Assembly (NCBI RefSeq): GCF_001194135.2
Contig: NC_068988.1
Location: forward strand, 35,018,999-35,056,247
Source of the DNA: Octopus bimaculoides
Lineage: Eukaryota
Direction of reading: 5' to 3'
DNA: 37,249 nucleotides
Numbering within the stretch: the stretch's first letter is position 1; every line of letters begins with the position of its first letter. Made by a program: the position numbers and the translations under genes. The notes under the pieces were generated by a model. That model was given only the letters and a program-made list of their open reading frames with translations. It did not search any database and had not been told where the DNA came from. This document shows, piece by piece, positions 25,246 to 36,161 of the stretch.

Positions 25246-25544
25246 AAAGCAAGTTTGATGAATTAAAATCTTAGACTAAATGTCTCTGTCATACTCACAG
25301 TGTTTTAGGTTTAACCTTCTATATTTTGAGTACAATACTCTACTGAGCTGATAAAAATAAGCATCAATTATATGCGGGAGTCAATTCAATTGTCTGGGAA
25401 CAAATGCAAAATAAATTGGCTTTGTGTCTAGTCAAAAGAAATTGTTTATTCATGATGGAAATTAAAATTTTACAAGTTTCTGTCTGGCCATTCATTTGAT
25501 CATTAGGACAGTTTGTTTAAATTTTAACATCTGAATTACATTAT

Positions 25545-26235
25545 AAATACATCAGTATGTGTACACACACAAACACACAAACACACACACACACAACTGT
25601 GATTTTGTTCACAAAAACTACAAATATCATACACGTGTTTATGTGAGTGCTTCTGTGTGTGTATGATTTATGCCATTTTCTTGGCTATTTTAGTGTGTCC
25701 TCTTTATTATTAGTCTCATCTATACTGTATAATGATGTATGCTGATCAAGTTAGATCAAGTTATGCTGCAGGATCAGTAGGTTTTGTGGATGGAGGCTGC
25801 TCTATCTTGGCTAAAGAGTTCATTGCAAACATTTAATCCAGAGCTCAGGGATGCTATTGTCCTTTGGCCCTGTGGCTGCCCAAATCATTTAGATTTATTA
25901 TCAAATGCATTCCACATTGACCCTTCTAAATTTCAAGGACTATATCGTTCTGTATACCCCTTCTCTTTTAAGATATATAGAGGCTACTTGATGAAGAGGG
26001 ATTACTTGAAAACACTAGAAAATAATTCAGTAAGGTACATTTAGAGACTTTTCAGATGGAATTTTGGTTAGATTCTTTCACAAGAGCAATTACATTATTG
26101 TGTACACACACACACACACACACACAACTGGGATTTTGTACACAAAAACTACAAATGTGTATGTGAGTGCCTTTGTGTGTGTTTGATTTTTGCCCTTCTA
26201 TTGCCTATTCTAGTGATTCTTCTACATTATTAGCA
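25545..26235. repeat. Diverged ~150-170 bp direct repeats (~25545-25713 and ~26089-26235) flanking unique DNA
   Basis: Shared aattacattat..tgtgtacacac..caactg.gattttgt.cacaaaaactacaaat..tatgtgagtgc..attattag. Confidence 0.8.
25781..26029 (+). CDS. Candidate 249-nt phase 0-0 exon or ORF, product unknown
   Basis: 83 stop-free non-repetitive codons (VLWMEAALSWLK...KTLENNS) between AG (25779-80) and a GTAAGG donor (26030). The acceptor lacks a polypyrimidine tract and I do not recognise the protein. Confidence 0.3.
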
Positions 26236-26489
26236 CTAGAATATTTGTGGTTGTTTGGCTCCTTGTCAACCATTAGTGGGTAGACACCTTTGATCAAACA
26301 GTATCCAGCCATGATCACCATATTCTGTATTTTCAGGTTGTATGCATGTAAAGCACATTATCCAATCTATAAGTACTTTGGCTGATATAATTAAGTATTA
26401 TCCTTGGAGGTGAAACTCTAGCATGGCCACAGTCCAGTGACTGCATTAGGGGTTCTGACAGTATCTCTCAATTCCTTGCATCCTTTGTG

Positions 26490-26700
26490 TAACTTTTTTG
26501 CATTCAGATTACTCTGTGAAAGGTAACGCTTGTTTATTAACATTATCTTAAATTAAATATGCAATATCTTGTAGCTTGAAGATAATGATATTATTTTTAG
26601 AATAACATTTTAGGTTGATGTGAAAGGCCAGATCTGTCTAGTTTGATATTAAAACACTTAAATAAGCTGGATATGGCTGGTTTGAATGCTAAAGGGTTAA
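26490..26700 (-). mobile_element. piggyBac-type (TTAA) MITE, family 1
   Basis: Ends with tgaatgctaaagggttaa; reverse-complement homologue of 13559-13762. Confidence 0.8.
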
Positions 26701-26859
26701 AATAGCGAATTGACTGAGTAATTACAGCATCTTTTTTTTTTTCTTCCAGTTCTCTGCGTTCTGAGTTCAGATCTCACCAAGGCTGACTTCGACCTTTATT
26801 CCTTTGAGATCAGTAAAACCGCTTAAGAACTGAAGCCGTCTCTGCTCCTTTCCCCACTC

Positions 26860-26880
26860 CTCTATCTCTCTCTCTGTCTC

Positions 26881-26913
<33 letters not shown>
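26860..26913. repeat. (CT)n microsatellite
   Basis: Direct inspection; other (CT)n runs at ~35403-35462 and ~36075-36152. Confidence 0.95.
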
Positions 26914-27459
26914 ACTGAAGAAAGGAGCATTCAAATGAATGGCAGCTCCTTTCTTTCATCATTGCCATGTGGACTCAGTGAGAGAAAAGAGAAAATCCAT
27001 TCTTGATTGTTTAACAAAGCTTGGAGCTAATCATTCAAGAACCTTGATATAAATTTAGCGTCTGCTATTTCGTTTATCTTTGCTGCTTTTAATCAATGTC
27101 AGCTTATTCAAGCTGAATTTGATATTTTTTTGTTGCTTTAGTCCTAACAATATCTGTACAGACAATTATTTGTAAATATACAAAACCACATAGCTCAAGA
27201 TAAGTGCCTCTAGCAATGACAAACTGTAGTAACATGATCGTAATTTTAATAATGTATTACATATATAACATATACATCTATACTCTCTCTGTCTCTGTCT
27301 CTCTCTCACGCACATGGTGTTTATCTATATACAGTTGCACATTTCTTACGTGTACATACACGTATATTCACATTCTGAATGATATAAATAACACCTATGA
27401 AAACGTGCATGTTCATATAAAGAAAGAGAGTCAAAAGATTTGTATCATCACAGACATAG

Positions 27460-27610
27460 CTGTGTAATACAGAAGTTCTCTTCACAGCCACATGATTTTT
27501 GGTTTCAGTCCTACTACACAGCACCTTGGGCATCTACTACAGTGCCAGATGCAGCCATGCGAGGGAATTTGATAAACAGAAATTTCATGAAGCCCATTGT
27601 GTATGCATGT
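27460..27610 (+). mobile_element. Degraded SINE family A head
   Basis: gctgtgtaatacagaagt..ggtttcagtcctact..gcaccttgggca..gaagcccattg. Confidence 0.6.
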
Positions 27611-27984
27611 GTCTCCTCCAATTGTACTTGAGTTGGTCATGTTTTTTTTTTCACATCAACAAATCTCATATTAAAATGAGGAGCTCAGCCAACTTCTTGC
27701 TCTGTAAATACAATACGAACTATGTATTCAGTGCTACTTCCAATCATTTGTTCACTCACTTATCTGTGTGTGTGTATATGCACTCACACACTGTATGGGT
27801 TATATTGATAGATATATGCAAGTGTAAGTGCATATAATATGTATACATATACACATGTATGTGTGTGTGCAAATGTGCAGGTATGTTTATATTCCACTCA
27901 ATTGATGCCTGGCAGAAGTGGTGCTGCTGTTGATATTTTCTTCCTGATGTTACATGACCAGTTTACCTCTTCTTTGAAAGACCT

Positions 27985-28120
27985 GTGAGATACAGAAATC
28001 ATTTGCTTAAAAAGCAGGTAGAAGTTCACAACAAGAAGAGCATCTGACTGTAAAATCCTGCCTCAGAAAGCTTTCCCACAAAACCCATGCTTGCATGGAA
28101 AACTGGATAGTAAACATTTA
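27985..28120 (+). mobile_element. SINE 3' part with RTE-type tail, degraded
   Basis: gagcatctgactgtaaaatcctgcctc...cccatgcttgcatggaaaactgga; homologue of 14995-15147. Confidence 0.6.
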
Positions 28121-28389
28121 TATAAGTAAATTTCATAGTCAATCCCAAAAAATATAGTTGGAGTCAATCCCCAAAAATATAGTTGGTATTTTCTGCTAAT
28201 ACTTTTTCAGTATCTCTTTTAGGTATGGTTGTCATATCCATCACTAAGAGTATTTGATTCTGATTCTTGCTCAACAAAAAGTATATTTGATCAAATTTAC
28301 AAAAAAAAAAAAAAAATGGTTCCTCTATTTTTGCTGACATATGTTGCCTTTCTTTCTGCTTGATCAACTGAGTTGCCTTCTCATTGAAT

Positions 28390-28577
28390 TATGTAGCGTA
28401 AATGGCTTTTTAAGATAATGAAGAATTTAGTAAAATAACTTTCTCATTATTAAACTGGGGTCTGGAACAAATTAGCATGAAATTTTCATGGAAGATTATA
28501 ATTTAGGCCACTTTCAAATAGTAAGTTTGTCATAGAACCAGGGGCACCTTCAGGCAGGTTGGTATCAAAAGGGTCAA
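28390..28577 (+). mobile_element. piggyBac-type MITE, family 2 (3' part)
   Basis: Homologous to 5418-5653. Confidence 0.65.
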
Positions 28578-29394
28578 GAAAATCTGAAAAATTGCCATTT
28601 GTAAGGAGGGTCACTGGGAGGTGTACCAGCTTCTTGCAACGTAAGGAGAATTTTTAGGTTTTTATNNNNNNNNNNNNNNNNNNNNNNNNNNNNNNNNNNN
28701 NNNNNNNNNNNNNNNNNNNNNNNNNNNNNNNNNNNNNNNNNNNNNNNNNNNNNNNNNNNNNNNNNNNNNNNNNNNNNNNNNNNNNNNNNNNNNNNNNNNN
28801 NNNNNNNNNNNNNNNNNNNNNNNNNNNNNNNNNNNNNNNNNNNNNNNNNNNNNNNNNNNNNNNNNNNNNNNNNNNNNNNNNNNNNNNNNNNNNNNNNNNN
28901 NNNNNNNNNNNNNNNNNNNNNNNNNNNNNNNNNNNNNNNNNNNNNNNNNNNNNNNNNNNNNNNNNNNNNNNNNNNNNNNNNNNNNNNNNNNNNNNNNNNN
29001 NNNNNNNNNNNNNNNNNNNNNNNNNNNNNNNNNNNNNNNNNNNNNNNCAGGATGTGATGGTTTGTTTCCATCCAAGATCATTGAATGAATCATAATTACA
29101 AACTCAAGTACTACTAGTTTATTTCCCTTCATTATTTCAGCTATACGAGACTCTTTTACTCCATTATAAGTAACCTGTCTCCGGATTTATGTCTCTTTAT
29201 ACAAGGTTAAGTGAGCATTATAGGAATATGAGAACTGTCATTTGGTAATTGTGACAAATTCTCTAAAGCCAGAGTTGATTAAATAAATCGAGAATTTGTG
29301 GCATATGGTATTTGATGCACTTTTGTACTTATGTTGCTCATATAGATACACTGGCTACTCTTATTTCACTAAGCTTATTCTTGTTTTCATATAT

Positions 29395-29561
29395 ACTCCA
29401 CTCTGTTGGGTGGATGGTATTAAGAAGGGCATCCAGCTGTAAAAATCCTGCCAAAACAGTCACAAAAGTCTGGAGCAGGCTTCTGCCTGGCTGGCTCCTG
29501 TCAAACAGTCCCAGCCATGCTAGCATAGAAGATGGATGTTAAACAACGATGATGATGATGA

Positions 29562-29565
<4 letters not shown>
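29395..29565 (+). mobile_element. RTE-type 3' tail with (GAT)n end
   Basis: aagggcatccagctgtaaaaatcctgcc...ccatgctagcatagaagatggatgttaaacaacgatgatgat. Confidence 0.8.
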
Positions 29566-29601
<36 letters not shown>

Positions 29602-29607
29602 GCATAT

Positions 29608-29663
<56 letters not shown>

Positions 29664-29694
29664 GTGTGTGTATATATATATATATGTGTGTATG

Positions 29695-29733
<39 letters not shown>

Positions 29734-29932
29734 GTTTATGTATGTATATATATATATATATGCATGTATATATCTGTGTATATATATATGTATATATATA
29801 TATATGCATGTATATATATATGTGTGTATATATATATATATGTGTATGTATATATATATACATGTATATATATATATGTATGTATATATATATGTGTGTG
29901 TGTGTATATGTATGTATATATATGTGTGTCTG

Positions 29933-29973
<41 letters not shown>
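29566..29973. repeat. Long compound (TA)n/(TG)n/(CA)n microsatellite
   Basis: Direct inspection; source of the 100-165 aa YI/CV ORFs. Confidence 0.98.
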
Positions 29974-29974
<1 letters not shown>

Positions 29975-29978
<4 letters not shown>

Positions 29979-30260
29979 CACTGGCACTCCATCGGTTTTA
30001 ATGAGGAAGGTTTCATTTGATCCGATCAACTGAATTGCCTGCTTGTGAAATTAACGTGCAAGTGGCTGAGTACTCCACAGATATGTGCATTTGTAATGTA
30101 GTTCTCAGAGAGATCCAGTGTGACCAGAATCTGAAATGTTGGCTCTTTGAATTACAGGGACAGCTCACTTTTGCTAGCTGAGTAGATTGGAGTAACATGA
30201 AAGAATGTATTTTGCCCACCAGGAATCAAACTCATGATCTTCCAGCCATGAGCTGAATTC
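29975..30260 (-). mobile_element. tRNA-derived SINE, family C
   Basis: B-box-like ggaatcaaactc on the minus strand and tail tggcactccatcggtt. Fragments of the same family at ~19705-19750 and ~30285-30350 (gtctgtggaata.tcaacca). Confidence 0.7.
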
Positions 30261-30585
30261 TCAGAATTACATTAAATTTCGCCATGTCTGTGGAATATTC
30301 AACCACTTACACAATATAAATCGATGAGTAGGTAACTCAGTTGATCAAGCAGTAGGAATACTTAATGTTGAACCTGTTGAAAGATCCATTTTAAAATACA
30401 GTTAAACACACAACAGAATGGAACTGTAAATCTGGAAATATCTGCTGTATTCATGTCACAAGACAAAAGTGTTAGCTAGGGCTGTGGCTTTCATCCCTTA
30501 GTAATTCAGCATTCCTTTTCACCAAATGGTGATTTACAAATGTTCCTTTTGTAAAGTTTTTAAAAATAATAATAATGATAATAAG

Positions 30586-31116
30586 TCTTTCTTTTATAGG
30601 CTCAAGGCCTGAATTTTCAGAGCAGGGGATTAGTCCATTACATTGACCCCCAGTGCTTAACTGGTACTTATTTTATCTTCCCTGAAAAGATGAAAAGCAA
30701 AGTTGACCCTGGCAGAATTTAAACTTGAAGACAGACAAAGTGCTGCTAAGAATTTCACCCGATGTATCAACGATTCTGCCAGCTCGTCGAATTTTATAAT
30801 AATGGCGATGATGATTTCAAATTTTGGCACCTGAGTTCAAATTCTGCTGAGGTCAACTTTGCCTTTCGTACTTTCAGGATCAATGAAATAAATGCCTGTT
30901 ACACACTGAGATCAATGTGATTGATTATCCCCATCTCCACAAATTCCAGGCCTTTACAACAACCCCAGTACTCAAGTGGTACTTATTTGACCCTGACAGG
31001 ATGAAAGGCAAAATTGACCTTGGCAGAATTTGAACTCAGATTGTGAAGATGAACAAAATGCCACTAAACATTTTATCCAGCATGCTAACAATTTTACCAG
31101 CAGGCTGCCTTAGTTA

Positions 31117-31151
<35 letters not shown>

Positions 31152-31434
31152 ATGATGAACTCTCCTGTTGAAGACAACATATAAGCTTTTGCCGAACAAC
31201 CTGCACAACTGATTTGCTTGCAGAGATCAAATGTATGTATAGTACACTCCCTCTATCAAATCGATGCTGCCTGAACAAGTTCAGTGTACCTTGCGTTAGG
31301 TACGGAACTGATCACAGAGTAACATGAGATGAAGTGTTTTGCTCAAGAGCACAACATACCAACCGATCTAAGAATTGAAACCATACTGTGACAGTCATGA
31401 GTGCAATGTCCTAACCACTAAGCTATGCATCTTC

Positions 31435-31465
<31 letters not shown>

Positions 31466-31925
31466 TTAATCCTTTCTACTATAGGCACAAGGCCTGGAAT
31501 TTGTGGGGAAGGGGATAATCAGTCACATTGACCTCAGTGTGTAACTGGCATTTATTTCATCGACCCTGAAAGGATAGAAAGCAAAGTTGACCTTGGCGGA
31601 ATTTGAACTCAGAATGTAAGGATGGACAAAATACTGTTAAGCATTTTGCCTGGCATGCTAACATTTCTGCCAGCTCACTGCCTTAAGAATAATAATAATA
31701 ATGATCCTTTCTACTAAAGGCTAAAGGCCTGAAATTTTGTGGGAGGGGGTTAGTCAATTACATTGCCCCCAGTACTCAACTGGTACTTATTTTTTTTTAT
31801 CAACCCTGAAAGGATGAAAGGCAAAGTTGACCTCAGCGGAGGTCAACTTTTGAACTCAGATCGTGAAGTCAGATGAAATACCATGAAACATTTTGCCCAG
31901 CATGCTAACAACTCAGCCGGCTCAT
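30586..31925. mobile_element. Cluster of five family B tRNA-SINE copies: 30586-30790(-), 30828-30958(+), 30962-31110(-), 31468-31683(-), 31704-31925(-)
   Basis: Mutually homologous (ggtacttatttt..gaaaggatgaaaggcaaagttgacct.ggc.gaatttgaactcagaa), separated by (AAT)n/(TAG)n tracts. Confidence 0.9.
31180..31433 (-). mobile_element. tRNA/CORE-like SINE, another family
   Basis: Minus-strand A-box (gcatagcttagtggttagg), B-box-like (gtttcaattc) and CORE-like tgtgctcttgagcaaaacact. Confidence 0.65.
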
Positions 31926-32348
31926 GATAATAATAAAATAGGTAAATAAAAAAACATTATTAATTAAACAAAAGCAAATTTTCTGCAGTGGTTTATCTCC
32001 CATACTTTCTTGTATAATACCAACCAGCACGTGCCTCTTTAGATATTTGCATTGATTAATGCCTCCTGTATTAAATTATTACAGAATTTATTAAACAGTA
32101 TTAAACCTTTGCATGTCATTACTCATGTTTTCTTTTTACTATAAACACAATATAACTGACTTGTATTCTATTTCTGACTGAATTTTTTTTTATGTATTTA
32201 AAATATCTTTTATTTTTTACTTGTTTCAGTCATTAGACTGCAGCCATACTGGGGCACTGCCCTGAATTTTTTTAGGCAAACGAATCAACCCCAGTATTTA
32301 TACATTATTTACATTCGAGAGATATTTGTCCTCATCTTGTTTGTTGTT

Positions 32349-32394
32349 AACACGACTTTTTGGCTGATATACCCTCCAGCCTTCATCAGGTGTC
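32349..32394 (-). ncRNA. Minimal type I hammerhead motif, decayed (GAAA>AAAA)
   Basis: GACAC-CUGAUGA-A-GGCUG(GAGGGUAUAU)CAGCC-AAAA-AGUC-GUGUU. Confidence 0.7.
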
Positions 32395-32585
32395 TTAGGG
32401 AAATTTCGAACCTGGGTTGGGTTCTCATTCCTAAGGTATTTTTCGATGTTATTATTATTATTATTATTATTGTTGTTGTTGTTGTTGTTGTTATTATTGT
32501 TCAGGTCACTGCTTAGAATTGAACTCAGAATCTTGAGGTTAGTAGCCCGCGCTCTTAACCACTACGCCATATGCCCACAGGCATA

Positions 32586-32645
32586 TGGCATAGTGGTTAA
32601 GAGTGCGGGCTACTCACCCCAAACTTCCGAGTTCAATTCCAGGCA
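32586..32645 (+). promoter_or_regulatory. Pol III type 2 promoter in tRNA-like head (mirror copy on minus strand at ~32510-32570)
   Basis: A box TGGCATAGTGG (32586-32596) and B box GTTCAATTCC (32631-32640), with tRNA-like spacing. Confidence 0.75.
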
Positions 32646-32733
32646 CTGTCTTGAATAATAGTAATAATAACAATAATAATAATAACATCGAAAAATACTT
32701 TAGGAATGAGAACCCAGTTTGAAATTTCCCCAA

Positions 32734-32779
32734 GACACCTGAAGAAGGCTGGAGGGTATATCAGCAGAAACGTTGTGTT
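32734..32779 (+). ncRNA. Minimal type I hammerhead motif
   Basis: GACAC-CUGAAGA-A-GGCUG(GAGGGUAUAU)CAGCA-GAAA-CGUU-GUGUU; palindromic ACGU stem III, one stem II mismatch. Confidence 0.75.
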
Positions 32780-33746
32780 AACAACAAACAAGATGAGGAC
32801 AAATATCCGTCAAATGTAAATAATGTACATAATTCCTCATCTCTTAAATATAGGGCCCAGTATTTATGTTTTTTAAAGCTTGCTACTTACTCTATTGGTC
32901 TGTTTTGCCGAACCACTAAGTTACAGGGACACACACACATCAACACTGGTTGACAAGCAGTGATGGAAAGACAAACAGAGGAGAATGGGTGTTTATTCAC
33001 ATCCAAAACATTTTATTAAAAAGTTTTCTACAGCATATATAACAACGACCAACATGTTTCTGCTGCATAAACTGCATAATGCTTTATATACAATTATGCA
33101 TTCTAGTGCTGCAATTTCAGCAAGTGTCCATCACATACAATGCTTACATATATATGTATGTATATATATATGACAGGCTTCTTTCAGTTTCTGTTTACCA
33201 ATTCCACTCAAGGCCTTGGTCAGCCCAAGGCTATAGCAGAAGACACTTGCCCAAGGTGTCACACAGTGGGACTGAGCCCGGACTGTGTGGTTGAGAAGCA
33301 AGCTTCTTACCACACAGCCACACATGCACCTATATGTATCATAGTGGGTTTAAATAATTCGTTTCTAAGAAAAATTAGGATAACTTCTAAGTACTCAATA
33401 CCCCTTAGATAATTTCTGCTCTCTTACATCATCCCAGAGAGAGAGAGAGAGAGAAAGAGAGTGCTACTACCTCAGAATAAGAACCATAAGCTTAGGGAGA
33501 TAAAAATTGTATTTCCATTTGGTTAATTTCTGATTAAATATAAGTATCTGCTGCTATTATTACTGCTTCTGCCCTCAGGTATTCCTAACCCACTCCACTT
33601 GTCTCCTCTTGTCTTGTCCATCTACTCTAAGCACTATGACCTGTCCTTTTTTCGTTCAGAGATGATTTTTTTTAATGAGTAAGAAATGATATAAGTCAAT
33701 GACTGGTATGATATTTTATTTTTTTTTAGCAAGTAAAGGAAACAAA

Positions 33747-33787
33747 CCTTTACATATTTTGGTCTTATTATGACCTCATCAGCAAAG
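33747..33787 (-). ncRNA. Decayed hammerhead-like motif
   Basis: CUUUG-CUGAUGA-GGUC(AUAAUAA)GACC-AAAAUAUG-UAAAG; core and stem II intact, GAAA and triplet altered. Confidence 0.4.
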
Positions 33788-33989
33788 CATAAACTTTTGT
33801 CATGTTTGTTGTTAAGTTCTGATAAAAGTGAGAGAATTACCAAGTGAATATATAATTTATAGACTGGTAAGTTTAATAAAATATTAGTTTACATCATGAG
33901 AATTAGTGAGTTCTGTTATGTCAGGGAGGACACTATTCAAAAAGATAGTACATTATTAGATTTATTTCATATTTATTCTCTGCAATATT

Positions 33990-34410
33990 AAGTTCATTTA
34001 CTATATATAAGTACCTGATTTCAGGTTCATTCCCATTGTATGGCATCTTGGGCAAGAAATATTTTCTAATAGCATCCCAAACTGACATTAGTCAGTTTTC
34101 ATTACACTGGTCAGTTTTCATTATAAGTAAATTTGGTAAAGAGAAGCCCGTGTGTGTGTGTGTGTGTGCGTATGTGTGTGTGTGGGTGTGGGTGTGTGCA
34201 TGTGATGTTTGCGATGCTTTTGTTGATGACTTTCTATTTGATAATTGATACTGGATTGTTTACATCCATATACCTAGCAGTTCAACATAAAGTTACTGGT
34301 AGAATTATTACCCAACTTAAAGTCAAGTACTAGGCTTCATTTCATCGACTAAATTTCCAAGGTGATAGTTGAATATTGTTACTGTTCAATGACTGAAACT
34401 TGAAGAAGAA
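33990..34410 (+). mobile_element. SINE family A, old degraded copy
   Basis: ggttcattcccattgtatggcatcttgggcaag..gagaagcccgtgtg..caatgactgaaac. Confidence 0.7.
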
Positions 34411-34412
34411 TA

Positions 34413-34447
<35 letters not shown>

Positions 34448-34517
34448 ACGCATGTCTATCCCAGAGAGTGCCAAGTTAAAAAGAGGCTTTGTCCAGCCAT
34501 GCAGAATATAGTATACA

Positions 34518-35064
34518 TATGGGGTCTAATCAAAAAATTGGAACTGGTACAGCTATAACTCAATCAATTTGGCATTTAATCTCATTTGAAGCAATCCCCT
34601 TCTGAAGCTACACAGTTTATCCAGCATCATTTTCATTGACGGAAGCATTCCTGAAACTCCTTTTTAGGACAGCAAGCAGCTGTCTCATCATATTCACCTG
34701 GATTTCCTCAACATCTTGGAATATATTAAGTGTCTTCCACAGTTGAAAACTGAGCCTTAATTTCAGGGTCATGGCCATAGATCTACAATTTGTCACTTGT
34801 TATGACCATTTTCAAAAAGTTTGCATCTTCCTCAACGGCATCAAAAGAAGACCCTGCACAGTTGCAACCTAATCTTCGTTTTGAGACAACCACACTCTAC
34901 ACACTTTACTTCCAATAAACAACAGAAGTCAACAAGAATGTTATAACTCAGTGTGCATACATGACCATGTTCAAGATTGATCTGTACCAAGTAGCTTCAT
35001 TCTGCATACTTTAGCTCATTACCATCACAACGATCTCAATGCTCTTCTAATCAGACCTTGCATA
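34518..35064 (-). mobile_element. Internally deleted mariner transposon
   Basis: Minus-strand peptides DAVEEDANFLKMVITSDKL*IYGHDPEIKAQ (the 'VITGDETWIYGYDPE' first-D motif) and EDVEEIQVNMMRQLLAVLKKEFQECFRQ*K*CWINCVASEGDCF (C-terminus). Degenerate TIRs tatggggtctaatcaaaaa / cttctaatcagaccttgcata. Confidence 0.85.
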
Positions 35065-35150
35065 TGTTTGTGTGTGTGTGTGTGTGTGTGCATGTATTTG
35101 TATATTTTAAATAATACAGTTATAGTGACTTACATTTACGATATTTCAGT

Positions 35151-35292
35151 GATCATTGCAAGTCCTTAGCTGGTGCAAACCTGGTGTGCATAGAACCAGC
35201 AGGTTACCTGTGTTTTTGTTTCGTGTGTTTTGAAACCAATTGATGGTGCTATGTTGAATAGAATTGCACCAGCTGAAGACCTGCAAAAATCA
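35151..35292. mobile_element. Small MITE-like element with ~23-29 bp inverted repeats
   Basis: ttgcaagtccttagctggtgcaa versus ttgcaccagctgaagacctgcaa (reverse complement, 3 mismatches in 23). Confidence 0.55.
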
Positions 35293-35415
35293 TTGAATTG
35301 TTGACACAGAAACTTAGTCTTGTATGTATGCCTCCATACCTATATCATTTACTAATTATACAGCATTCCCAACAATATTGTCATCATATGTAGTTTATTG
35401 TTCTCTCTCTCTATC

Positions 35416-35462
<47 letters not shown>

Positions 35463-35644
35463 NNNNNNNNNNNNNNNNNNNNNNNNNNNNNNNNNNNNNN
35501 NNNNNNNNNNNNNNNNNNNNNNNNNNNNNNNNNNNNNNNNNNNNNNNNNNNNNNNNNNNNNNNNNNNNNNNNNNNNNNNNNNNNNNNNNNNNNNNNNNNN
35601 NNNNNNNNNNNNNNNNNNNNNNNNNNNNNNNNNNNNNNNNNNNN

Positions 35645-35680
<36 letters not shown>

Positions 35681-35719
35681 AGAGTAAGCACATAAATGCA
35701 GCTTTATTAATAAAGTATA

Positions 35720-35771
<52 letters not shown>

Positions 35772-36074
35772 ACTAAATAAATCAAAATATATTAATATTA
35801 TAAGCAAATTAGGTAAAAAAAAGAATATGAGTCATTTCTAATTGTGAAATGCAGCTATCATAAATGATAAATTTATGCTTCACTTCAAATAAAAATGTAT
35901 TTTTATATATTGATTGGGTTGTTGTTGTTGCTACTGCTACTACTACTACTACTACTACTACTAGTACCACCACATCATCGTCATCTTTGAATTTACATGA
36001 TGATTGTTTTGTGTTATCAGAGTGACAAGATAGCAGTAATAGCAGCATGTAACTAGCTCTCTCTTCCTCTCTAC

Positions 36075-36161
<87 letters not shown>

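Larger units (their letters stand above)
32302..32855. mobile_element. Palindromic non-autonomous retroelement: back-to-back tRNA heads, (AAT)n, hammerheads, 3' tail; 12-bp TSD
   Basis: Arms 32301-32575 and 32580-32827 are diverged reverse complements around a 4-nt loop (caca). The right arm has a ~28-bp unpaired tail. TSD cccagtatttat at 32290-32301 and 32856-32867. Confidence 0.88.
32210..33330 (-). mobile_element. SINE family A interrupted by the palindromic hammerhead element (32302-32855) and an unrelated segment (~32985-33150)
   Basis: Tail 32210-32301, middle 32856-32980 and head 33165-33330 are colinear with the 22672-23080 copy. Confidence 0.85.

Noticed and set aside
29501-30033. 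Long ORFs (97-165 aa) of YI/CV/HT repeats here and at 2013-2710, 8639, 11176, 16314, 35324-35807 and 37001
   Set aside because: Translations of dinucleotide microsatellites, which are stop-free by composition.
32566-32650. Functional tRNA gene
   Set aside because: A and B boxes are present, but there is no acceptor-stem pairing or terminator, and it lies in a repeat arm; treated as a SINE head.
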